A DNA stretch of 64,000 nt, from NCBI RefSeq assembly GCF_964194155.1, contig NC_135893.1:89218001-89282000 (forward strand), given 5' to 3'. The stretch's first letter is position 1; each line of letters opens with the position of its first letter. The notes under the pieces are model-generated. The model was not told where the DNA came from. It searched no databases and worked only from the letters and a program-made list of their open reading frames with translations. Both the position numbers and the translations under genes were made by a program. The DNA comes from Cetorhinus maximus (Eukaryota). Below are positions 1 to 13,026 of this stretch, in pieces.

Positions 1-1016
1 CTGTTCGTTTTATTTAGTGCTACACTCTCGGTGCTTTTACTCCTTAACTTCTGAATGGAAATGTCTTGCAAAACAAAAACCACTTCATCAGGACCTAATA
101 GAGGCCTGTAAAATCATGGAGGGGTTTAATAGGGTAGACGTAGAGAAGATATTTCCACTTGTGGGGGTGTCCAAAACTAGAGAGCGTAAGTATAAGATAC
201 AGTCGTCACCTATAAACCCTTCAGGGAATTCAGGAGAAACTTCTTTACCAAAAGGGTAGTGCAAAAATGGAACTTGCTACCACAAGGAGTAGTTGAGGCG
301 AATAGCATAGATGCATTTAAGGAGTAGCTAGATAAACATGACAGAGAAAAATATAGATGGATAAGTAGTAGAGGTGGGATGAGGTTGGTGTGGAGGATAA
401 ACAATGGTGTAGAGCATTTGGACTACATGGCCTGTACTGTAAATTCTATGTACTCTGTATTGAGATAAATTAAAGAACAAATAATATGGGGGCATTAGTA
501 AATCAATACTCTACCAATAATTATGAGCTCACTATGCTCCAAATTGATTTCAGTACTCCCCAGATTGGGATAAATAGAGCTAGTACATGATTTGTGGATT
601 ATTAATTTTCGAGTAAACATTTAGATAGTTCCAGAAATAAAAACAGAAAACATTAGAAATACTCAGCAGGTTAGGCAGCATCTGTAGAAAGAGAAACTGA
701 CTTAACGTCTTAGATTTATACGCCTTTGTCAGAACAGGTTTGTGGGCCATTCTTATTGTGGGAGCCTAGATTGCGAGAATGGGTAGGCTGTACCTCCATG
801 AGCAAGGGGTTTATAGCTGAGCCTGATTCTGTCCTCAGCTGATAGCCACATAAACCTTTCAACACAGGATGGAGGAAGGTCATAGGATAATGATCACAGG
901 TGACTTTCTGTTTTCTCAGTGTGGGGGTAGTGGCTCCACTCCTGCATTCAGTACATCATTACAAGGTATAAGTAGAACACATCTCTTGGGTCAATATTCT
1001 GGAACACATTCCTTAC

Positions 1017-1170
1017 CCTGGTAGATCCGGTGATGAGTATGACCATGTATCACTCAAATTTGTAACTGGACTCTTCCAGCCAGTGTCATAATCACCGGTA
1101 TCTTGAAGGCTGGGATCCTGTAGACATTGCCTAGTTATTGGGGATGGCGAAGGTTGCTGAAGACATTTAA
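1017..1170 (-). CDS. PKD1: PKD1 exon 40-equivalent (TOP domain), 154 nt
   Basis: cgaccag|TT AAA...CCA GG|gtaagg; VKCLQQPSPSPITRQCLQDPSLQDTGDYDTGWKSPVTNLSDTWSYSSPDLPG; phase 1/2. Confidence 0.9.
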
Positions 1171-1981
1171 CTGGTCGGGTGTAAGCATGAAACAAGAGAA
1201 AGTGCAATTAGCTGGGAATGTTTCATGGGAATTAGAAATGTTTATATCACATACAAACTCTAGCCCTGTAATGAGGTAACTCAAAACAGAAAGCGGTCTG
1301 AGATTTGAAGAACTTTATTGTGGTTACTGATCTGTAATGTTATAACAAACTGAGTATGGGCCTTTATAAGGATGTTCCATTCACTAGCAATATTTTAATC
1401 AAGCAGTAACTCATTATTTCCAGACTGGCCAGTCTGCGAGATGGAGTTTGTAAACTGGGGTGAGCTTCTGAATTTGAAGCTGATTTCATCTCTAATGAAT
1501 CCAGTTGTTTTCCTTTCACATTCTATGCTGCAGCTCCAAAAAACATAAAAACAGCTTATTGTAGCATTAGTGTGCAATCAGTCGCACTCTCGTCTGTGTC
1601 AAAAGTTCAAGCCCCACTCTAGAGACCCGAGCACATAACCTAGGCCCAGTCTGCCTCCTCTGATGGATGGAGAAGATCCCATGGCCTTATTTCTTTGAAG
1701 AGCTCTCCCCAGTTCCTGGTTAATATTTATCCCTCAACCGAGATCACTAATACATATGATCCGGTCATTCTCACGTTACTGTTTGTGGGAGCTTGTTGTG
1801 TGCCAACTGGCACTTCCTTCAAAGAACAAAGCAAAGTACAGCACAGTAACAGGCCCTTCGGCCCTCCAAGCCTGTGCTGATCATATTGCCTGTCAAACTA
1901 AAACATTCATTTCAACAGTGACTACATTTTTAAAGGGACATTCTGAGATTGTGCTTCAGAAATGCAAGTTCTTTCTTTTAC

Positions 1982-2100
1982 CATCATTTATTTTCGAACG
2001 AATTTGACGTATTCGTGGACATCCCAACAGTGTCCTGCTTCTATTGTTATACAGGTATGGTAACAGTACCTCTGCCATCCATTTCCAAAGCTCCCCGGAT
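1982..2100 (-). CDS. PKD1: PKD1 exon 39-equivalent (TOP domain), 119 nt
   Basis: tctttcag|A TCC...GAT G|gtaaaa; SGELWKWMAEVLLPYLYNNRSRTLLGCPRIRQIRSKIND; phase 2/1. Confidence 0.92.
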
Positions 2101-3572
2101 CTGAAAGAGAGCACTAATTTAGATGGAATCCAATAAAGAACATGTGTAAGACATTTGAGATTGCAACAAAAATCTCTTGATTGCGTTGAACTGTCTCATA
2201 AGATGCAGGCAATTTGGCCCTTCGAGAATGTTTAACCAATTGATTCATCATGGCTGATCCACCTCAAATCCACCTTCATGAATTGCATATCCATACATTT
2301 TCAACAGCAGCCGAACAGCACAATCAGCTAAACTGTATCTGTACGCATCAAACCCTATAGTGACGGGACAAATCCACAAGCCCTTTGTAAGTAAAAAGAA
2401 AAGCAAAAAACCTTAATCATATACGATTAAACCAAATGCTAATCCTGCATATTTATTTTCTAATAGCTCGTGTATCTCACAGTCGTGAAAACATTAAATC
2501 TGAACCTTTGAGTAAAGTAACAACCAACCTCAAAGAGCTGTCTTTTGATGCCACAGAGGACAACGTAACTATGAGTTAAAACCAACGTTTACCACCTAAT
2601 TATTGATTAGATTCATACAGAGAAAGAAAGGAGAATGCTTCATGGCTCTCCAAATATCTTAAATTTTGCTTCATGATATTTAGCAATAGAACTCTGTGAC
2701 TAGATGAACAAGAGGCATGCTTTTGAAATCTGACACACACTAAAAGTCAAGTATCTTTTATGTCCGCTCTTCACTATTGAGTTTTATGAACTTTAAAGCT
2801 ACAAAATTATATCACGACAGAAAAATAACCTTAATCTATCTCAAACACTCATCTCCACTGCTATTGACTGTAAATGTAGAGTATGAGGCTCAATGCTACT
2901 TATCCAAGCTGCCTGTGTACACAGTAACATGTCCCACGAGTTTATGTGCTAAATTAATATGTATACAGGAATTACCTGTACTCTTCAAACTCGTTGCCTG
3001 CGTGATAACCCATGGTGTTGATCAGCCATCCATATTTAGCTTATTTTCTAAAATGTGTGTTAAAGGAATGATTGGCTATAAAATGGGTTAACCTTTCTTT
3101 GACCCTGTAGCAGTTTGAGGTTGCCAACCCTCCCCAGATTGCCAGGGAGTCCTCAGGATGGGGGACTAATCTCCTGGGATGGACGACTGATCTCGTGGGC
3201 GCTGCTACTGTTGACCTGGGAGAAAAGTAAGCTTGTGCGTGCATCCTGTGTCTGCCATCTCTTGATTTCCATGATGCCTCATCTGGGCACAACCCATCTC
3301 TGGTTTCAGCCAGACAGCCCTTCATTTCTTTTGCCGGGTTGTCCCATTGCTTCCGGCAAAGTTACGACGCTGATGTGATCGAATATCAACTGGTCAGATG
3401 CCACGTGATTAACCCTCCAGGTGTACGTCAACTAGAGTTGGGAACCCTAGCACTTTGCACTGTTGGGGTCTTTGCATCTGCTAGGAACCGGATTAAAAGA
3501 ATTCCATTCAACAGAGGAGCCTTCTAAGCAGGAGCTGGCACAAACTTTCTCGCCAGCAGTATGGGCTGAAAA

Positions 3573-3835
3573 CAGGGTTGCCAACTCTGGTTGGGGGCAT
3601 TCCTGGAGATTCCTTCACCTGACCTCCCACTATCAACCAACCTGTTCAGTCAAACAGTCTCATCTCCAACATTTTTAAAACAGATAACCATAAGTTCAAA
3701 GAAAATAGAAAAAAAAAGAACAATTTTTTAAACGCCGTTGTGATTTTTTCTTCCAAACTGCTCTTGGCAGTGTCTAGGAGATTAATCTTTAATTCATGGA
3801 GCCTCCAGGACAATCCTGGAGGGTTGGCAACCCTA
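3573..3835. mobile_element. Non-autonomous hAT-type DNA transposon (MITE)
   Basis: TIRs CAGGGTTGCCAAC / GTTGGCAACCCTA; perfect 8-bp TSD GCTGAAAA (3565-3572 / 3836-3843). Relatives at ~3117-3449 and ~51043-51301. Confidence 0.85.
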
Positions 3836-5728
3836 GCTGAAAACATATCCCAAGGTGAAAGGTCAACCTGCTAACCCATAGCAGCATTAATCTACAATAT
3901 CCTCAGATTTGATTTATCCTTTTTGATTTCTTGCTTGTTCTTCTCCTCCTCTTATTCCTTAGTACTGTGCACTGTTCCAGAGGCGGGAGTAGAGATCAGC
4001 TATCCATCGCCTAAACTCTTTGCCAAAGTTTCTCTGCAACTTGCTGTTAGCTGATGTGAAGCGGCCCCTCAACCAGTGCTTGGCCAGCGTTCACCAGCCC
4101 CATCTGGTGGCCTGGCTGAGATCACACTGCCACGTGGGAAACCACCAGGACCAGCCCATGTCCCAGCACACTGGGCTGGAACTTACCTGAAACTGAAGGA
4201 GGCCTGCCGCTGGGACCAAAAGCGGGTCCCCAAGTCCGTGTGGGCAGACAGCAGGGTCTTACCTGTGGCGGCTGCTGCCCACCATCGAGTTAAGGACAGT
4301 GATCTGCCCCTCAGAGTTGCCGGCTCAATCAGAGGAAGGTCAGCTGTAGGGCCGGCCGCTGCTGAGGCTGCAGGGAGGAGGAGAGAGTGCCTCCATGTTA
4401 GGAGGCCAATCCCGAGGCAGGTAAAATGCCAGCGGGGTACTGAATTAGCCGTAATTTGACCAATTAATTGAAATAATTGCCTGCCTCCAGTCAGCAGGCA
4501 GCCACGCTATTGCCATTCCCGCCATTGACAATATCCTGCGGCTTCAGGAAGAAGATAGGTGGTGGCAGAGGAACCTTCACATACCATTCTACGAGGCTTC
4601 CCACCTTCCAGACCATCTCCAGAGAGCTGGTAAAATTCAACCCATTGTATCTCAATGACCTGATCCACGGGCTGAGTGGCCCACAGTCATTATCAATGTT
4701 CCCTCTAAATTTTCTTTGTACTGTGTGGGCTACAAACCCCCTCAGAGCACTATATTATTTTGTTGGCGGCCAGTTTCCATTTTAAGCGTCGTGACTTACA
4801 CTGGAAATTTCTCCTGACGGAGTTGTGAGCAGCCTCTTTATTTCAAAGGCCCGGTGCATTCCAGATCACTGTGTGATTGTGCATGCATGCACACGAGAAG
4901 TAACATTGTCCATTATAACGGCCACCTTCTTTAGCCAAAGCTAAGACTTTCCTCTGTTTCTCCTACCATTATCTGCCATTTTACGCATCATGTTTCATCT
5001 GCCATTGCTCAGCCCACTTGTATATTCTGCCCATTTCATTCTGAGACTTCTGAGCTGCCTCCTTCAAATCCTTTGTCCCTCCTATTTTGGAGTCATCGAT
5101 GTATTTGACCCATTTGCATTGTGTCTAAATCCGAGTATCTTTTGGCCAGGATTTTAAGGCCTCTCCCGCCCAGCAGGATATTATGGTCCTGCTGAACTGA
5201 AAGGAGATTTAAATGGCTCGCTGCATTCGATGGGAAGAGACACGTCATGACCAGACCGTAAAATCCTGGCCGTTGTAATTTCGACACGACAGTGGTCCTG
5301 GCACTCCATGCAAAACTTCCCCTGTGCACCCACCCCCCCAACTCCCACTTATCTCCTCAAATGAATCCTCATTGTTTCCGACCCTATACCCGTGGCATTA
5401 TTCAAAGAAGAACAGGGGAGTACTCCCTGCTGTCCTCCTGGCCAATATTTACTCCTGAACCAACGTCGCTAAAACAGATTATATGGTCATTATCACATTG
5501 CTGTTTGTAGGAGTTTGCTGTGCACAAATTGGCTGCTGCATTTCCTGCATTACAGCAGTGACTAGATGGAAAATGTGAAAGCACTGTTATAAATGTAAGT
5601 CCCTTCTCTCTTTTAATGGGGAAGTATATTTAAAAGTGCAACAAAATTGACAATATGGATTGAGTAAGTAGGGTGGTGTGTGCAGGACGTAAGGTTTTCA
5701 ATAACAAATTTCTATATTAGTGCCTTAC

Positions 5729-5880
5729 CTTTTGATTTTCTGGAATTCGACTCCTTTTCTGGCCCCTAGCAGGCCTTGTCTAATTGAACTTTGCAGGAGT
5801 CTGCTCTGGGCGTCTCTGAATGAATCTCCATAATTAATCAACAGGACCACAAGCAGAAACAACATGTAGATGATGAAGTT
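5729..5880 (-). CDS. PKD1: PKD1 exon 38-equivalent (TM6/S1), 152 nt
   Basis: tgtttcag|AAC TTC...AAA AG|gtaagg; NFIIYMLFLLVVLLINYGDSFRDAQSRLLQSSIRQGLLGARKGVEFQKIK; phase 0/2. Confidence 0.95.
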
Positions 5881-8389
5881 CTGAAACACAAGAGATGACA
5901 ATTCCAGTCAGCTCCATTTAACATTAATGCAATACTGATTAAAAAAATAAGGACACCTGAAGACAAGAGAGGCCGAAGGAACAGGACAAGGTTAAACACA
6001 TGCGCATCTCAGTAACTTCAGGGCGACACCAATCACCCAACTGGTATTAAAATGTAAACCGGAATAGCGGATATTCTGTTAAAATAATTATCCATGTTTG
6101 TTTTCAGTTTTATTCTCTTTCCCTTTGGAGCTCAGATTTCGTCCTGTAGCAAGTTGGAAAATTAATATAGTTGCATCCAAAGTCTGGATATGTAATCTGT
6201 TTGCCACTACACTGTAAGTATGGTATCCTGCAGGATTTGTAACCATCATCGCACAGTACATTCCCTCTCTCCCACATCACTGTTAAATCAATGCAGTCAG
6301 CCAGCCAAGGGCTTTTGTTTTTAGGGCAGGAATGCTGCAAAGTTGCCCACTTTTGTTTGTAGACTGCTTGAGCCTTTCACTTGTGTATCAGGCGCAACAT
6401 GCTGTCCTCTTGCCTTAGGAAAGACTGAAAATAGCCCACAACACCAATTATTACTTATGCACGTCTCTTGCTTATGAGGAAGGAAGCAGCCCACTAATAA
6501 CAATGGGAGGAGGAATAGTATTTTTCTTCTCCACTTTGTTAGTGCTACATTAGTGCCAGACCAGGGTAGGTGCTGAAAGGATGTTTCCCCTTGTGGGAGA
6601 AACTAGAACTAAGGGGCACAGTTTAAAAATAAGGGGTCTCCCATTTAAGAGGAGATGAGGATAATTTTCTTTCTCTTAGGGGGCTGTAGGTCGTTGGAAA
6701 CTTTCTTCCCCGGAGAGTGGTGGAGGCAGGGTCACTGAATATTTTTAAGGCAGGGGTAGATAGATTCTTGACTAACAAGGGAGTCAAAAGTTATCAGGGG
6801 TAGGCGGGAACGTGGAGTTGAGGCCACAATCAGATCAGCCATGATCTTATTGAATGGTGGAGCAGACTCGAGGGGTCGAATGGCCCACTCCTGCCCCTAA
6901 TTTGTACGTGTGTATGTGTGTACCAGGACGGGGGGAGAAACTGGGAGAAGCAGGAAGTGAAGGAGAGGGAGGAAAGTTCCAGCAGGGAGTGAGGGAGGAG
7001 GCAGGTGTTTTGCTATGAAGATGGAGTGTGACAATCGAGGTAACAATTGTGGAAGAGATGATCTGGTTGCTAAATGTGGATAGACCGAAGGGTCATTTAT
7101 TTTTCCTATAACTGGTTTCAAATTAAAAATCCATCAGTAAATAAATGTGATTGAAGTAACTAGAGTGGACAGTTCTAAGTAAAAATTCAATATTTTTCGG
7201 CAGAACACGCTTCCTAAAATCTACACATCATTTGGTTGGGAGGATTAGAATTTTGATCAGGTTTTGTACACAATTCTACATTTTCTTACTGCATGAGGTG
7301 GTTTATTCAACATTTTTAACCTCAAAAGAAAATAAATTCCAGAAAATATAGACGTATTATTAAAAAAGTATTGCTCTCTGAATTATTTTTAATAACTTAT
7401 GAGACCGACTTCAGCTCTTGAACAATTATCCAGACAGAAATTGATTGATAGGTCTGTATTACAAGTGTATGGGCAGGGAATTAATTACTATCAGTGTCAC
7501 ACTGATAGACAAGGACCCACAAACATTGAGGGGGCCAAGACTAGCAGTGTACTTAGCCTCTCAGTCCTTTGATAGCTCTGTTGTTTCGATGCTGCCTTTA
7601 ACAGCTGGCCTCCGAACTGGAAAAATACTAACATGAGCACTGTAAAAAAAAAAATTACTCTTGCCATTTTTCTCTCCCAGTATTTGTTTTGGCTGCGGCT
7701 GAAAATTCAAAAAGTTGCGTCCAAGATCAAGCAATATGCATTCCCTTGCCTGTCGCTCGGGAAAACTACATATTTACCTCAGCGATAACAAGCGAAAAGC
7801 AAGTCATTTTCCCCTTGATTATATAAAGGCACATACATGAGTCAGAGATTAAAAATTTCAGAATAAAAATGTGATTGCTGGAGCTTCTCAAGTAAAGACA
7901 GAAGGTGTTGAAAATAGGTCAACCTCCCAAACTTGAAATATAGGCTTGATTTGAGTGAGGCTTTTCAACAGAAGTCCTCTTTAATTTGCTCTATCAGGTG
8001 CTTACTGGTTTATTGCGTATTTTATCATCGAACATGTGGTTCAATGCACTTGCAATGTTTTGGTAGTTATCTGACCAGCTGAAATTTTGGACTGGTGCTT
8101 CTTATGCAGAATTTATAGGATAGAAACAAACCATTCTGTCTAACTGGTGAATGCCAGTGTTTATGATCCTAAGGAGCTTCCTCCCATCGTCTCAGTTTCT
8201 ATTCCTTTCTCCCTAACGTGTTTATCTAGCTCCCTGTTAAATGCATCCGCACTAGTCGCCTCAACTACTCCACGTGGTAGCAAGTTTCACGTTCTACCCA
8301 CTTGCTGGTTAAAGAGGTTTCTTCTGAATTTCCTGTTTTATTGCTGGGGGTTTGAAGCCCTGAGTTGATGGAAGTTTTCCAATTTGTAC

Positions 8390-8584
8390 CTTGAGCATTC
8401 TGTGAAGAATCTGGACCTTCCTTGCCTCCTCCTTGGCTTGGAGAAGGCCATACCCTTGGGGAGGCCGCACTTTGCCAATCTTTTCTGAGATCTGTTCGAC
8501 ACGTGGCTTCTCGACTAAATTGTCATCTTCATCCGGGTGGATGCGTTTGGCAACCAACGCAAAGTAAAGTGCTTCAGTCAGAAC
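8390..8584 (-). CDS. PKD1: PKD1 exon 37-equivalent, 195 nt
   Basis: caattcag|GTT CTG...AAG|gtacaa; VLTEALYFALVAKRIHPDEDDNLVE...KVRPPQGYGLLQAKEEARKVQILHRMLK; phase 0/0. Confidence 0.96.
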
Positions 8585-10587
8585 CTGAATTGCAAATAAA
8601 AGGATCAGAAAGGACATTGTCATTTATACTGGAGCATTCTTATTAAAGCCAATGAGTGTTTAAGGGTAGCACGAGTGCCCAAACTTTCAGCTCGAAGGTG
8701 TTCTGATACAAGAAGATATGTTTAAGATCGGGCAGGCAGAACTTTGAGGTCCAGAGCCAATGCAGACAGCAAACAACTTATCAGAAAATCCCTAATCTTT
8801 GCAGAATCATAGAATGGTTCCAGCACAGGAGGAGGCCACTTGGTCTGTCATACCTGTGCTGGATCTCTGCAAGGGTAATTTGGCTAGTCCCACTCTCCTG
8901 CCCTCTCCTCTTATCCCCGCAAATATTTTCTCTTCAGGTGCTTATCTAATTCCCTTTCGAAAGCCAGAATTGAATCTGCTTCCACCACACTCTTAGGCAG
9001 TGCATTCCAGATCCTAACTGCTCCCTGTGGAAAACAGTTTTGCCTCATGTTGCCTTTGGTCCTTTGCCATTCGCCTTATATTGGTGTCCCCTGGCTCTCA
9101 ACCAATGGCCACAGTTTCTAGCTATCTACTTTGTCCAGGCCCCCCCCCATGTTTTTGAATGCTTCTCATCAAATCTCCTCTCAAACTTCTCTAAGGAGAA
9201 CAGCCCCAGCTTCTCCAATCTATTCACATAACTGTAGTCCCTCATCCCTGGAGCCATTCTTGTAAATCTTTTCTGCACCCTCTCCCAAGCCTTCGCATCC
9301 TCCCTAAAATGTTGTGCTCAGAATTGGACGCAATACTCCAGCTGAGGCCAAACCAGTGTTTTTAGCCCGTCATTTCCCTCCCATTAACGTCAACGCCTGC
9401 AAAGTTATGAGCAACACGCCTGCAATTTTCCAACAAGCTGTCCAATGTGTGCAAGGCCTGGGTTGTTGCTGTTCTACTTTATCCAAAAGATGTTTAGCTT
9501 TGATTCAAGCTCAACTAGTTTCAACGTTGCAGCTTTTACAATCTGAGGGCTTCTTTAGAATGTCACAACATCAGTAAAAGAAAATACCGCAACATTATAA
9601 AGAAACTCTGGCCTGCATTTCCCCTGCATTTCCCCAAGCCTTGCTTGGTGGAACACTCAGTGATGCAGCCCAGGAAGCCACTAGTTCGACTTTTAACCCA
9701 TACTGAGTCGGTGCCGTGGACCATTCCAGTTACCTCCGTGCCCCTGCATTAGTAAGGGCCCCCATATCCAGCTTAATCCCAAAATGATACAGCACAGAAG
9801 GAGGAGCCACTCGGCCCATTCTTATCTGTGCCAGCTCTTCGAAAGAGCGGTCCAATTAGTCCAAATCCCCCTGTTCTTTCTTCACAGCCCTGCAAAAATT
9901 TTTCCCTGCAATTATTGATCCAATTCCCTTTTGAAGTTACTATTTAATCTGCTTCCACCAACCTTTCAGGCATTGCATTCCAGGCCATAAGAGCTCACTG
10001 CTATGTGGCTTGGTGACAAATGTTGTCCTTTAACTCTCCTGTGCAACAACCCGGGATGTTCTACTATACTAAAGCCGCTATCTTAGTGAAAGCTGTTGTT
10101 GTATTAAAGATTTCCCTGCAATGCAACATTACTTAGTCATCAGATGGATAGTTAAATTGGATGTAGGCAGGACGAAAACAAATGTCCAGCGTTACCTACA
10201 ACTCTCGTGATCTAACAGGGTGTCTTGGGAAAATAAAACCTTGAAGTTATGTGATCTTTTAATATTCTGTACAGCACTCATGCAAAAGTTCACAGGCTGG
10301 GAAGTTCCTCAGAGGTGCCCACACTCCACCTCGCAATTTAGCTTGGAGTATGACTGAAAGCTCCTCTACACCAACGAAGTCTCTGCCACAACTTTCGGTG
10401 AAACTACAGTATCGATTCCAAGGCTATTCCTGGCCCTGCTGACACAGGACTGGTACAACATGGGGTTAGATACAGAGTAAAGCTGCCTCAACACTGTCCC
10501 CATCAAACACTCCTGAAGGAACGTTCCTGAAGGAATCTAGAAAGGCCTAGACTTAAAACGATGACACCTTTTTGTGCCAGAACCTGC

Positions 10588-10790
10588 CTTCAGAGGTTCC
10601 AAGAGGAAGAATGAAGAGAGGACACTGAAGATTCCTGAGATGAGCCACATGAGGGCAATTCTGGAGTTGAAGCTAACGCCAATCCATATAGACACAATGA
10701 AGCAGCCGGAGAAGAGGAAGAAACAGAGGGCATGTGCTGTATAACTACACCAGAATGGGAAGAGACATTGCTGTGGAGGGTCAGTGAAAG
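10588..10790 (-). CDS. PKD1: PKD1 exon 36-equivalent (TM4-TM5), 203 nt, GC donor
   Basis: ttcaacag|CT TTC...CTG AAG|gcaggt; LFPFWCSYTAHALCFF...WLISGIFSVLSSFFLLEPLK; phase 1/0. Confidence 0.92.
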
Positions 10791-11676
10791 CTGTTGAAAC
10801 ACAAGAATATAAAATAACATTAATAGAATCCAACCTGGGTCAGTCATTATCTCACAATAGCACTTAAAAGGGACACAACACACCAAAAGTCCTGTATGGC
10901 TGTATTTACAATCACAAAGTATTATAATTACAAAGTATTTACAACCTAGAAACTGACACACAAGCTTTCTCCTGCTGTTCCTCATCTAATCCTGTCAGTA
11001 AATCCTTCTACTCCTTTCTCCTTTGTGCTTATCCACATTCTCACCATTCTCTGGGTAAAGCAGTTTCCCCTAAATTCCCTACTGGATTTATTGGTGACTA
11101 TCTTATATTTATGGCCCCGAATTCTGGCCGCAACCACTTATGTTTTTGTATTTTTGAGTGGAGCTACTGTTTTTCCTTGGACTCAGCGTATCTGGTGATT
11201 TCATTAACAGACCTTGTTTTTCCTACGAACCAGAACATGTTTTTACCCGCCCGATATCCAGTTAAATATAGCAGAGCCCAGTGTTTGAACAGAGAACTCT
11301 CGTGCTGGACTCTGGCTTATTAAAATATATCACGTCACCAAATGGCCCTGTTTACCTTGGGTGATGGAGGAGTGTACCCCTTCATCAGACTGAGCGCAGG
11401 GTTTAACCCGCAACTTTCTAACTCAGCAGTGAGATTGCTGCCCTCTGAGTCACGACCAGCATCTAGTTTAGCAAATTATCCTTTCAATTCAGGGATGTGT
11501 GTCTGGAATTTCTGTAGAAACCTCCCAATCTCTGAACGTAATATTGATGATACATCAACAAGCTCCCTAGAGAAACGGTTCAGACTTTTATAACATTTCT
11601 CTGGGGTATGGAGGGGAGGTGAGGGGTTTATTGCGGGGGGGTCGTTCTGTAGATCTTCTGCTAGAGTTATGACAGT

Positions 11677-12985
11677 TGTTCTGATCCCCAGCTGAGCTTA
11701 CCAGCAGACAAGCCTGATCCCAAGGCGGAACCCAGCCTGATAGATCCTAACTTTTATGTGTTTGTTTAAATACTTGGAGAGTAGCTACTGAACAGAGTCA
11801 CAGCTAATGAACTTTCAACAAAAGCATTAAACATTTATTAAACAAGAAAAGATGAACTATATTACAATACTCCTTCACCCACAACTATACCTTTACAGAT
11901 ATATACAGATTTGTAAGGATAACACAAGTAACAAAAGCTATCCTAAACTCTTAATGTTCACTGTTAAGTACAATCCATGTAAACCAATAGGAAACCTGTG
12001 GTCAGACACACCACACTCTGAAACCAAGTGACAAACGCCACCCCAGTCAGATGCTATGGATTTCTCCTCACCTACCCCCAGACGCTTGTCAAACTGTGAG
12101 TCAACCAGTTTCACTGAACTCTGTCTTTCACACAAGGGTTTCCAATCTCCACTCTCCAAGAACTTGCTTTGGAATCTTCTCCCAAACTGACGCTTTCTCT
12201 CAGACACTTTCTGCAAGGGTTCACCTCCAGGGTTTTGATCTCTCCTTCTGATGTTCCTCTCCCCTGGGTCACCACATGTATTCAAGCTTACTTCCATGCA
12301 CTGTCTCTCACTGACTCAGCTGCCAACAGTACACCACTGCTTCAAATGCCCATAGCAAAGATTTACAGACCTTCAGTTGTCTCTTTGGACCTTATGGACT
12401 CTTGCAGACTGTTCTCACTTTAAATCTACTTTCTGCAGCTTTTGTCTCTTTAAATCTGAAGCTTGGAGCCTTTCTTTCTGCCCCTCACTCTTAGCTTCAC
12501 TTAACAGGGCCTTTCCCAGGTTCCTGTCCTTCCCTTTGACTAGAAAGTCTGCTTGGGACTTTCTCCTGTTCCACTCCCCTGGATTTTGGGGTCTTTTCTT
12601 TGGCTTGGGGCTGGCTATCTGCCCCTTTGCTCCAGTCTGTCCTGGCAGCTACTATCAAAACCAACTGAACTCAAACAGCTTCCAAGTCAAACTGCTGTTT
12701 CTAGTTTCTTCTGTGTGTGTGTGTGGCTGTGGGAGGGACCTGCCTCTCTGGATCCCTGTTGCTCGGCAACAGCCCAGTTTCTCTACTCTTGTTTGTTTCG
12801 CTTAGCTGCAACAGTTCTAAAGCTCTCATTTGAAATGCAGGCACCTTTTTAAGTGAAACTAAAACTCAATTTGACCTTTCTTAACTTACAGATGCAGAAA
12901 TACACATCAAACCTCAACTTTAAAGCTAAAACTCATTCCTAACATCTACAAATATAACTTATTAAACCATCTCTATTTCCTAACA
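11677..12985 (-). mobile_element. Solo LTR (~1.3 kb)
   Basis: TGTT...AACA termini; 4-bp TSD CAGT (11673-11676 / 12986-12989); AATAAA on the minus strand at 11834-11839; no coding sequence. Confidence 0.8.
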
Positions 12986-13026
12986 CAGTGGATTGGGAGA
13001 ACCTGGTAGACTCAAGTCAACTTCAG

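Noticed and set aside
10511-10535. Short direct repeat tcctgaagga-acgt-tcctgaagga
   Set aside because: Small local duplication with no supportable function.
10580-10587. GT donor 4 nt into intron 36 as the main splice site
   Set aside because: It frameshifts with the normal acceptor; an in-frame rescue needs an AG 13 nt into exon 37 and deletes the conserved VLTE.
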